Source of the DNA: Lachnospiraceae bacterium
GTDB lineage: Bacteria; Bacillota; Clostridia; Lachnospirales; Lachnospiraceae
Length of the DNA: 64,000 bases
Assembly (NCBI GenBank): GCA_045126475.1
Contig: JBGVOL010000067.1
Location: forward strand, 18,105-82,104
Direction: 5' to 3'
The notes under the pieces are model-generated. The model did not search any database. It saw only the letters and a list, made by a program, of their open reading frames with translations, and was not told the origin of the DNA. Position 1 is the stretch's first letter. Every line of letters starts with the position of its first letter. Positions 36,196 to 44,256 of the stretch are shown here, one piece after another. Made by a program: the position numbers and the translations under genes.

Positions 36196-38133
36196 ATGAA
36201 AAAATACACATTAACAATATCAATACTGGCATCAAACAGAAAGGATACTCTGCCGAAAACATTGGAGTCCATAAAGCCAATCCTTGATAATGTATCAAGT
36301 GAGCTTATAATTGTAGACACAGGCTGCGATGAGGATTTGCTTGAGATTATCAGAAAATATACGGACAAGATTGAGAAGTTTACATGGTGCAATGACTTCT
36401 CAAAAGCGAGAAACGTGGGCATAGAGAAAGCTCAGGGCGACTGGTTTATGTTCATAGATGATGATGAGTGGTTTGAGGATGTAACACAGTTTATAGAGTT
36501 TTTTAACAGTAAAGAAAAGGATAAATATAACTACGCAAAATATATAGTCAGAAACTATGATGATTTTGAAGGAACTGCATGGATGGACTCGGTTGCAGGC
36601 CGTATGTTCCGCTTGTTTGAGGGAACGAAATTCATAGATGCAATCCACGAAAGACCGGTAAATATAGCCGGACCTACAAAAGATTTTACCGCATACGCAC
36701 ATCACTACGGATATGTATTCAAATCAGACGAGGAAAAACAGGCTCATCTTAAAAGAAATATGACGCTTATCAAATCGCAGGTTGAGAAGGAACCTCATAT
36801 AGTGCGTCATTACTGCCATCTTACCCAGGAATACAACACTATAAAAGATTATGACAATTCATTGAAGTACGCATATGAAGGTATTGAAAAAGCGGATATG
36901 TCAATCAGTGACAATCAGAAAGATTTGGTTGGCCTTTTCGGAAATGTGGTGTGGGTGCTTGTAAATCAGAGTAAGCATGAGGAAGTCCTGGAAAAATCAA
37001 AGGAATATATGGCAAGCCCATATATGAATAAGCTTGGAGAGATGGCACTTTACGGCTTCTGCGCCATAGCGGAATATTTATTGCATCATTATGATAAGGC
37101 CGTAGAATGTGTTGATGAATTTATAGAGAGATATGATTATCTTGACGTCCATGTAGCAGAAAGATTTGAGATGGATGCCATACTTATTACGTCTGCCATG
37201 GAGAAGACAAACTACATAAGAGTTGTGGGAATAGGTATGACGGCAGCTGCTACGATACACGACGAAGGTGCTTTAAAAAGATTTGCTAAGCTCCTTGATT
37301 TTTCAGAATTGAAGTCTATTGTAGACGGAGCATTCTGTATGGAATATATAGTGGACATGATGAAAGAAACAGCGGAGCAGGACATGTATGCTGACATTGT
37401 TCAGAATATATCAAGTCATAGTTGCTATCTTGGAAATATAATTAACAGGATAATAGCTGTCAGGGAGGAAGACTATGAGGCCTTCTTAAAGGTAGCAGAC
37501 ATCATGGAAAAAACAACCATAAATCACGGTTATGTTCAATATCTTAGAATTATTTCCACTGCGAACCATGGTGATACAGACAAATTGCAGGAATTGTACG
37601 AAAAGGCGGTTCATGACATTTCGGATATAGTTGATGTGGACCATGAATTCTGGCAGATAGCTAAAGACAACGACATTGCTGTAGGGGCGATGATAGAAAA
37701 GCAACCTATATACAGATTTAACAATGCAGTAGACCAGTGGGTAGCGGACGCCAAGATAAAGAAACTCATAGAAAAAGTACAGGATTTATCGGCAGTACTC
37801 CCGGGTGACGGCATACATATGAAGTATTTTGGTGTAAAGATTGCTGAAGCATTTCTTATAAGGAAACGTCTTGAGGATATCTCTTTAGAAGAACTCAGGG
37901 CAGAGATAAAGAAGTATTATGTGGCTGTCATAAGCTTCTACAGGGGAATATACAAGGAAGTTGTATTTGACATGTACAGCAGTATCCTGTCGAAAAACTG
38001 CCAGGCAGCATTGCTTATGATGAAAATGGAAGAGGAAGACGACAAAGAGGAACTGCAAAAAATGATTTGCAATGTAAGCACACTTATGCCGGTTCTTGGC
38101 AAGGTAATGGACAAGTACGCAGAGTTAACATAA
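36196..38133 (+). CDS. GT2 glycosyltransferase with long helical (TPR-like) C-terminal region; GmaR/CD0240-like candidate flagellin glycosyltransferase, paralogue 1 (645 aa)
   Basis: LTISILASNRKDTLPKTLESIKPILDNVSSELIIVDTGCDED...WCNDFSKARNVGIEKAQGDWFMFIDDDEWFED (GT2 DxD region). Located between fliT and the flagellin genes. Confidence 0.75.
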   Translation: MKKYTLTISILASNRKDTLPKTLESIKPILDNVSSELIIVDTGCDEDLLEIIRKYTDKIEKFTWCNDFSKARNVGIEKAQGDWFMFIDDDEWFEDVTQFIEFFNSKEKDKYNYAKYIVRNYDDFEGTAWMDSVAGRMFRLFEGTKFIDAIHERPVNIAGPTKDFTAYAHHYGYVFKSDEEKQAHLKRNMTLIKSQVEKEPHIVRHYCHLTQEYNTIKDYDNSLKYAYEGIEKADMSISDNQKDLVGLFGNVVWVLVNQSKHEEVLEKSKEYMASPYMNKLGEMALYGFCAIAEYLLHHYDKAVECVDEFIERYDYLDVHVAERFEMDAILITSAMEKTNYIRVVGIGMTAAATIHDEGALKRFAKLLDFSELKSIVDGAFCMEYIVDMMKETAEQDMYADIVQNISSHSCYLGNIINRIIAVREEDYEAFLKVADIMEKTTINHGYVQYLRIISTANHGDTDKLQELYEKAVHDISDIVDVDHEFWQIAKDNDIAVGAMIEKQPIYRFNNAVDQWVADAKIKKLIEKVQDLSAVLPGDGIHMKYFGVKIAEAFLIRKRLEDISLEELRAEIKKYYVAVISFYRGIYKEVVFDMYSSILSKNCQAALLMMKMEEEDDKEELQKMICNVSTLMPVLGKVMDKYAELT

Positions 38134-38143
38134 AGGAGAATGT

Positions 38144-39232
38144 ATGAAAGAATACAAGCTGACCATATCAATATTAGCTTCAAACAGGAAGGATACACTT
38201 CCAAAAACTCTTGAATCCATAAAGTCTATTCTTGATAATGTATCAAGTGAACTTATTGTGACGGATACGGGATGTGATGAGGAACTTCTTTTGCATATAA
38301 GAAAATACACTCAGAATATAATTAAGTTTACATGGTGTAATGATTTCTCCAAAGCGAGAAATGTGGGACTTAGGGAAGCAAAGGGAGAATGGTTTCTGTT
38401 TCTGGATGATGATGAGTGGTTTGAAGATGTACATGAGATTATAGACTTCTTTAACAGTGGTGATTGTGATAATTACGATAAAATAGAATACTTACAGAGA
38501 AATTATCACACTATGGAAGGTGTGTCATGGACAGACAATCCTGTTGACAGAGGAGCACGTATTACGGAAGGTATACAGTTTGTCGATGCAATCCATGAAC
38601 ATCTGAATACAGTCGGAGGAAGGATAAAGAGATTTTCTTCTTGCGTTCATCACTACGGATATGTGTTTAAGACAGATGAAGAGAAGAGGAAACATATAGA
38701 AAGAAACCTGACACTGTTAAAACGACAGGCGGAAGAACGACCAAATGACTGCAGGACATATGCTCATATCATCCAGGAATATATCGGGACAGATGACTAT
38801 GAGGAAATCCTTAGGTGGAGTGAAAGAGCGTTAGATAAGACGGACTATTTTAATATAAATAATTACAGATATATAGGTGCATTTTACTGCATGAACGTAT
38901 ATGCGAAGATAAAATTGGGACAGACAGAATGTGCTGTAAATACCGCAGAAAATGTATTAGGATTAGAATATATATCAGGACTGTCAAAGGGAATGATGTA
39001 CTATCTTATATGTACAATGCAGGGCAGCAGAGGTATCGAAGGACACATCTGCACAGACAGAAAGCTTGTGTCATATGTCAACGGATATTTATCCTTGAGA
39101 AAATATTACATGGAAAATCCGCAAAAGCTGTATGACGAATCTACAATATACATAAAGCATGCCTTTGATGATGACAAGGTAGGGGATATGCTTCGTGTGG
39201 GTCGTATTTTAACCCAAAAGTATGCGGGATAG
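38144..39232 (+). CDS. GT2 glycosyltransferase, paralogue 2 (362 aa)
   Basis: The N-terminal ~100 aa are nearly identical to paralogue 1 (KLTISILASNRKDTLPKTLESIKSILDNVSSELIVTDTGCDEE...FLDDDEWFED). The C-terminal region is shorter and divergent. Confidence 0.75.
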   Translation: MKEYKLTISILASNRKDTLPKTLESIKSILDNVSSELIVTDTGCDEELLLHIRKYTQNIIKFTWCNDFSKARNVGLREAKGEWFLFLDDDEWFEDVHEIIDFFNSGDCDNYDKIEYLQRNYHTMEGVSWTDNPVDRGARITEGIQFVDAIHEHLNTVGGRIKRFSSCVHHYGYVFKTDEEKRKHIERNLTLLKRQAEERPNDCRTYAHIIQEYIGTDDYEEILRWSERALDKTDYFNINNYRYIGAFYCMNVYAKIKLGQTECAVNTAENVLGLEYISGLSKGMMYYLICTMQGSRGIEGHICTDRKLVSYVNGYLSLRKYYMENPQKLYDESTIYIKHAFDDDKVGDMLRVGRILTQKYAG

Positions 39233-39242
39233 GAAGGTAAAT

Positions 39243-40466
39243 ATGAATTGTAAACTGACCATTTCAATATTGGCTTCAAACAGGAAGGATACATTGCCAA
39301 GAACATTGGAATCCATTAAACCTATTCTTGATAATGTTTCAAGTGAACTTATAGTGACAGACACCGGCTGCGACGAGGAGCTGGTTTCTTACATAAGAAA
39401 ATATACCGACAAGATAATCAAATATACATGGAATGATGACTTCTCGGAAGCCAGAAATGTGGGGCTTAATGCTGCGCAGGGTGAGTGGTTTATGTTTATT
39501 GATGATGATGAGTGGTTTGAAGATGTGGCACCAATCATAGAATTCTTTAATAAAGAAGATGACGGAACATACAATAAGCTCCAGTATATGGTGCGTAATT
39601 ACCATACAAGAGACGGAGAAAAATGGAGCGAGATGATGGTGGACAGGGGTTTTAGAACAGGTGATGGTGTTAAATTCATAGAGCCGGTACATGAGCATGT
39701 GAATATTGTCGGAGGAACAGTAAAACGCTTTTACTGCTTTGCTCACCATTTCGGTTATGTGTTTGACAGTGACGAGGACAAGAAAAAACATGCCATGAGA
39801 AATATTCCGTTAGTCAAAAAACAACTGGAAACAGATCTTAATGATAGCAGAGCATATGCGCAGCTTTTGCAGGAATATAACAGTATAGAAGAATATGAGA
39901 AAGCATTTGCATACGCAGAGATGGCACTGGAATGTGTGGATTTTGAGAATAAGGCAAACAGAAGACACATAAGCGGTTTTCTTGCAGAAAAGGTGTTTGC
40001 AACACAGCAGATGGGGGACATGGAAACAGCAGTAAAGTACGCATATGAGGCACTGGAATATGAAAACTTAAGTAACACAGGTAAGGCTTATATATATATG
40101 TATCTTAACGCAGCATGCATGGAGAGCGGTGATAAGGATAAGGCCTTATATTATGGTGAGAAATATTTTAGGACGATAGATTATTTAAATGAAAATAGAA
40201 ATATCCGCTTTGATGAAGAGACAGTGCTCGTAGGTGAAGTGTTTAACGAAGAAATATTTTTTAAGGTTTTTTACATAGCACTTGAAACAGCAGCAATGAA
40301 ACAGGATGAAGAGACGTGCCTGTACATAATGAGTCATGCGGACCCAAGCCGGAAGATTAAGTACCTTGACAATGGATTATGGATATCGGATTTGGCAAAG
40401 CTTATGCTTAAAAGTGAGCATAAAGAACTGTATGGGGATACATTTAAAATGTTTATGAAAAAATAG
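39243..40466 (+). CDS. GT2 glycosyltransferase, paralogue 3 (407 aa)
   Basis: Start moved to MNCKLTISILASNRKDTLPRTLESIKPILDNVSSELIVTDTGCDEE (ATG at 39243 after AGGAAGG). Same GT2 core with a divergent helical C-terminus. Confidence 0.75.
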   Translation: MNCKLTISILASNRKDTLPRTLESIKPILDNVSSELIVTDTGCDEELVSYIRKYTDKIIKYTWNDDFSEARNVGLNAAQGEWFMFIDDDEWFEDVAPIIEFFNKEDDGTYNKLQYMVRNYHTRDGEKWSEMMVDRGFRTGDGVKFIEPVHEHVNIVGGTVKRFYCFAHHFGYVFDSDEDKKKHAMRNIPLVKKQLETDLNDSRAYAQLLQEYNSIEEYEKAFAYAEMALECVDFENKANRRHISGFLAEKVFATQQMGDMETAVKYAYEALEYENLSNTGKAYIYMYLNAACMESGDKDKALYYGEKYFRTIDYLNENRNIRFDEETVLVGEVFNEEIFFKVFYIALETAAMKQDEETCLYIMSHADPSRKIKYLDNGLWISDLAKLMLKSEHKELYGDTFKMFMKK

Positions 40467-40509
40467 AAAAAATCTCTTGCAAAAAAATAAAAAATTTTGT
40501 AAAATAATC

Positions 40510-40536
40510 TAAAGAATCAATTTGTTGTGTCGATAT
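40510..40536 (+). promoter_or_regulatory. sigma-D (sigma-28) promoter of flagellin gene 1
   Basis: TAAA (40510-40513), exactly 15 nt, GTCGATAT (40529-40536). About 180 nt upstream of the ATG. Confidence 0.7.
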
Positions 40537-40647
40537 ATAGAGTAACAAGATAGAGAAACAGTCATACAAATCCTAGGGCGTGTGAAAGATTTCTGTATTT
40601 TGTTGTCGGAACTTTTACATAACAATGATTATTTAACAATTCAACAA

Positions 40648-40710
40648 ACAGCAAGGATGCTGTTTCAACAAAAATCTATGCGGCTCAGACCGCAGGATAA
40701 TTCAAGGAGG
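40648..40710 (+). promoter_or_regulatory. CsrA-type GGA motifs in the flagellin-1 leader
   Basis: Hairpin ACAGCA-AGGA-TGCTGT presents GGA in its loop (40648-40663). A second motif follows the GCGG/CCGC stem (CAGGAT, 40693-40698). The third overlaps the SD AAGGAGG (40704-40710). Confidence 0.5.
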
Positions 40711-40717
40711 AATTATT

Positions 40718-42163
40718 ATGGTAGTACAGCACAACATGACAGCGATGAACGCTAACAGAATGCTTGGTCTTACAACAGCCCAGCAGTCAAAGGCAACTGA
40801 AAAGTTATCATCTGGTTACAGAATCAACAGAGCAGCTGATGATGCAGCAGGTCTTTCTATCAGTGAGAAGATGAGAAAGCAGATTAACGGTCTTGACAGA
40901 GCTTCTACAAACGCAGAAGACGGTGTATCAGCAGTTCAGACAGCAGAAGGTGCGTTGAACGAAGTTCAGGACATGCTTCAGAGAATGAACGAGTTGGCAG
41001 TACAGGCAGCTAACGGTACAAACTCAGCAAATGACCGTGCATATCTTCAGTCAGAAATTGATCAGTTAGTAACTGAAATTGATCGTGTATCTGAGACAAC
41101 AAAGTTCAACGAGACATACCTCTTAAAGGGTGACGGCATTGGCGGTAAGTATGTAGAACTTGGAACAACAACTGGAATTACTGGAAGCTTTGCAGTAACA
41201 GGTGATCAGACAGGGGCGGCTACAGGAAAAGATTACTCTACAGATAGAGATGTAAAACTTAAGGCAACGAATGACCTTCAGTTTGGTGCAGAAGCAACAC
41301 AGAGTGTTACAGTAGCGGGTGCTTCATACCAGCTTAAAGATTATGCAGATCTTGAAGAACTGACTAGTGCAATTAGTAGTAACTCTAAAGTAAACAGTGT
41401 TGATATTGAGTATAAGAATAACGTAAGTGCATCGACAACAGATACAGCATATTCACTCACAAATACAAATAAGTCAACAACTGTTTCTGGTACAGTAACA
41501 TTTAAGGTTGCATCAAATACAACAACAGCTGCTACAGGACCATCAACTATTACAATTAACGATACAGAAAGCATAAGCATTAGTTTTACATTGGCAACAA
41601 AGATTGGAACTGACGGAAATATTGAGTTTGACGAGGAAACAACAAACCAGAACATTAAGACAGCTCTTAAGAATAAGAATATCAGCTATACAGAAGCTGA
41701 TGGTGTATTCTCTGTTAAACTCGGTGGTACTGTTACAGTAAATGCTGCAACTAAGGTTGATAACCTTGACTTTAACTTACATGTTGGTGCAGATTCATCT
41801 AATACAAACAAGATTGGTGTAAGCATCGCATCTATGAGTGCAGACGGACTTGGTATCTCTGGCGTTAGTGTATCATCTGAGAAGAATGCAACAAATGCTA
41901 TCGATGTAATAGCGGATGCTATCCAGAAGGTATCTAAGCAGAGATCAGACCTTGGTGCTGTTCAGAACAGACTTGAACACACAATCAACAACTTAGACAA
42001 CGTAGTAGAGAATACAACATCTGCTGAATCTCGTATCCGTGATACAGATATGGCAGAGCAGATGGTTAAGTACAGCAACTTAAATATCCTTGGACAGGCA
42101 GGTCAGTCAATGCTTGCACAGGCTAACCAGTCAAATCAGGGTGTACTCTCATTACTTGGCTAA
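40718..42163 (+). CDS. fliC: flagellin 1 (481 aa)
   Basis: MVVQHNMTAMNANRMLG...LSSGYRINRAADDAAGLSISEKMR...LQRMNELAVQAANGT and C-terminal RSDLGAVQNRLEHTINNLDN...MLAQANQSNQGVLSLLG. Ser/Thr-rich central domain. Confidence 0.95.
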   Translation: MVVQHNMTAMNANRMLGLTTAQQSKATEKLSSGYRINRAADDAAGLSISEKMRKQINGLDRASTNAEDGVSAVQTAEGALNEVQDMLQRMNELAVQAANGTNSANDRAYLQSEIDQLVTEIDRVSETTKFNETYLLKGDGIGGKYVELGTTTGITGSFAVTGDQTGAATGKDYSTDRDVKLKATNDLQFGAEATQSVTVAGASYQLKDYADLEELTSAISSNSKVNSVDIEYKNNVSASTTDTAYSLTNTNKSTTVSGTVTFKVASNTTTAATGPSTITINDTESISISFTLATKIGTDGNIEFDEETTNQNIKTALKNKNISYTEADGVFSVKLGGTVTVNAATKVDNLDFNLHVGADSSNTNKIGVSIASMSADGLGISGVSVSSEKNATNAIDVIADAIQKVSKQRSDLGAVQNRLEHTINNLDNVVENTTSAESRIRDTDMAEQMVKYSNLNILGQAGQSMLAQANQSNQGVLSLLG

Positions 42164-42212
42164 TCAAAATCACATAAGTAAGCCGTACATGCAATTGTAT
42201 GGCAGGGCTTTA

Positions 42213-42250
42213 AATCGCACGAGCAGAAAATCGCTCGTGCGATTTTTTTT
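42213..42250 (+). terminator. rho-independent terminator of flagellin 1
   Basis: ATCGCACGAGC / GCTCGTGCGAT stem followed by TTTTTTTT. Confidence 0.85.
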
Positions 42251-42271
42251 ACACAAAATTTCATATTGATG

Positions 42272-42298
42272 TAAATTAAAAAGAAGAAGTGCCGATAT
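42272..42298 (+). promoter_or_regulatory. sigma-D promoter of flagellin gene 2
   Basis: TAAA (42272-42275), 15 nt, GCCGATAT (42291-42298): a perfect match to the SigD consensus. Confidence 0.75.
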
Positions 42299-42400
42299 AA
42301 AATACAGAAGGTTATATGATATGTGGTATTGCCTAGGGTACGTTACATTCATATACCGGTCATGCTTTAATGCGTGACGATGCTAAAACAAATAGAAACG

Positions 42401-42462
42401 GGCGATAAGGATGTTGCCTATGTAGTCCATGCAGTATAAACTGCAGGATATATTCAAGGAGG
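42401..42462 (+). promoter_or_regulatory. CsrA-type GGA motifs in the flagellin-2 leader
   Basis: GGCGA-TAAGGATG-TTGCC hairpin, TGCAG/CTGCA stem followed by GGAT, and SD AAGGAGG (42456-42462). Confidence 0.45.
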
Positions 42463-42469
42463 AATAATT

Positions 42470-43927
42470 ATGGTAGTACAACACAATTTAACGGCTATGA
42501 ATGCCAACAGAATGCTTGGCCTTACAACAAGCAAACAGTCAAAAGCAACAGAGAAGTTATCATCTGGCTACAGAATCAACAGAGCAGCAGATGATGCAGC
42601 AGGACTTTCTATCAGTGAGAAGATGAGAAAGCAGATGAGAGGTCTTGACAGAGCTTCCACAAACGCTGAAGATGGTGTCTCATGTGTGCAGACAGCAGAA
42701 GGTGCGTTGAATGAAGTTCAGGACATGCTTCAGAGAATGAATGAGCTGGCAGTACAGGCAGCCAATGGTACAAACTCAGAGAATGACCGTTCATACCTTC
42801 AGTCGGAGATTGACCAGTTAGTAACTGAGATTGACCGTGTATCTGAGACAACAAAGTTCAATGAGACATACCTCTTAAAAGGTGACGGTGTTGGCGGAAA
42901 GTATGTAGAACTCGGTACGACTGACGATTGTACCAGTATTACATGTGCTACTGCAGATGACCAGACACCAGCGGCTACCGGAAAGGACTATTCTACAGAC
43001 AGGGATATAAGACTTATTGCCAATAACACCATACAGTTTGGTGAAGAGGCAACAGAGAGTATTACGGTTGCAGGCACCTCATACCAGCTTAAGGATTACG
43101 CAGACCTTGAAGATTTAACAAACGCTATCAGCAGTAACTCAAAGGTTAACAGCGTTGATATTGAGTACAAGAATAATGTAAGCGCGTCAAAAGGTACAGG
43201 CGGAAATGGGGATTTCACCCTTACACATACCAATAAGTCATCTACGGTATCAGGTACGGTAACATTTAAGGTTGCTTCAAATACTACAGCAAATGCCAGT
43301 GATTTATCACATATTGTAATTGATGATACACAGAATATTGCTATTGACTTTACTCTGGCTACGAAGATTGGTAACGATGGAAATATTGAGTTTGATGAAG
43401 CTACAACAAATCAGAACATCAAATCGGCTCTTAAGAATATGAACATAAGCTATACAGAAGCTGATGGTGTATTTTCAATCAATCTTGGAGGAACTGTTAC
43501 TGTAAATGCTGCGACTAAGGTGGATGATTTGGAGTTCAATCTTCATGTAGGTGCTGATTCATCAGGTGCCAATAAGATTGGCGTCAACATTGCATCTATG
43601 AGCGCAGACGGACTTGGTATTTCAGGCATAAGCGTTTCTTCTGAGAGAAACGCAACGGATGCTATCGATGTAATAGCAAATGCTATTCAGATGGTGTCAA
43701 AGCAGAGGTCTGATCTCGGTGCTATCCAGAACAGACTTGAGCACACAATCAACAACTTAGATAACATAGTAGAGAATACAACAGCTGCTGAATCTCGTAT
43801 CCGTGATACAGATATGGCAGAGCAGATGGTTGAGTACAGCAACTTAAATATCCTTGGACAGGCAGGTCAGTCAATGCTTGCACAGGCTAACCAGTCAAAT
43901 CAGGGAGTACTCTCATTACTTGGCTAA
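42470..43927 (+). CDS. fliC: flagellin 2 (485 aa)
   Basis: Same conserved N- and C-terminal flagellin domains as flagellin 1. The central domain is related to flagellin 1 but heavily substituted. Confidence 0.95.
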   Translation: MVVQHNLTAMNANRMLGLTTSKQSKATEKLSSGYRINRAADDAAGLSISEKMRKQMRGLDRASTNAEDGVSCVQTAEGALNEVQDMLQRMNELAVQAANGTNSENDRSYLQSEIDQLVTEIDRVSETTKFNETYLLKGDGVGGKYVELGTTDDCTSITCATADDQTPAATGKDYSTDRDIRLIANNTIQFGEEATESITVAGTSYQLKDYADLEDLTNAISSNSKVNSVDIEYKNNVSASKGTGGNGDFTLTHTNKSSTVSGTVTFKVASNTTANASDLSHIVIDDTQNIAIDFTLATKIGNDGNIEFDEATTNQNIKSALKNMNISYTEADGVFSINLGGTVTVNAATKVDDLEFNLHVGADSSGANKIGVNIASMSADGLGISGISVSSERNATDAIDVIANAIQMVSKQRSDLGAIQNRLEHTINNLDNIVENTTAAESRIRDTDMAEQMVEYSNLNILGQAGQSMLAQANQSNQGVLSLLG

Positions 43928-43997
43928 CAAATACTATAGATTATAATCTGATTGTTGATGTGCAATAATTGTGATTATATTCCTAGGTAAAGTGACA

Positions 43998-44024
43998 GAA
44001 CCCCGCCAAAATGGCGGGGTTTTG
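43998..44024 (+). terminator. rho-independent terminator of flagellin 2
   Basis: AACCCCGCC-AAAAT-GGCGGGGTT followed by TTG. Confidence 0.85.
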
Positions 44025-44063
44025 TTAGCAAAAGAAAAAATACATTTTTTTACAAAAAAACTA

Positions 44064-44090
44064 TAAAGTAAAAAAAAACACTGCCGATAT
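44064..44090 (+). promoter_or_regulatory. sigma-D promoter of flagellin gene 3
   Basis: TAAA (44064-44067), 15 nt, GCCGATAT (44083-44090): a perfect match to the consensus. Confidence 0.75.
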
Positions 44091-44185
44091 ATATGACATG
44101 AAGATGAAATAACAGCTTTAAATCACCTAGGGCAGATTGAAAGTGTTATCTTATCCATAACTGCAAGGAAGCGGAAAATTAAATC

Positions 44186-44249
44186 GGGCAAGGATGCTGA
44201 AACTAAAAAAATATTAAAGAAGGAATCTAAAAAAGGATTTTCAAGGAGG
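44186..44249 (+). promoter_or_regulatory. CsrA-type GGA motifs in the flagellin-3 leader
   Basis: GCA-AGGA-TGC mini-hairpin, then AGGAAT, AAGGAT and SD AAGGAGG (44243-44249). Confidence 0.4.
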
Positions 44250-44256
44250 AATTATT

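Noticed and set aside
36027-36422. ORFs 36027..36287 (+), 36063..36422 (-) and 36068..36298 (-) spanning the GC-rich repeat element and the 5' end of the first glycosyltransferase
   Set aside because: They are generated by the repeat and by the antisense strand of a well-supported GT2 gene. They have no RBS, and their Pro/Gly/Ser-rich translations come from the GGGGAC repeats.
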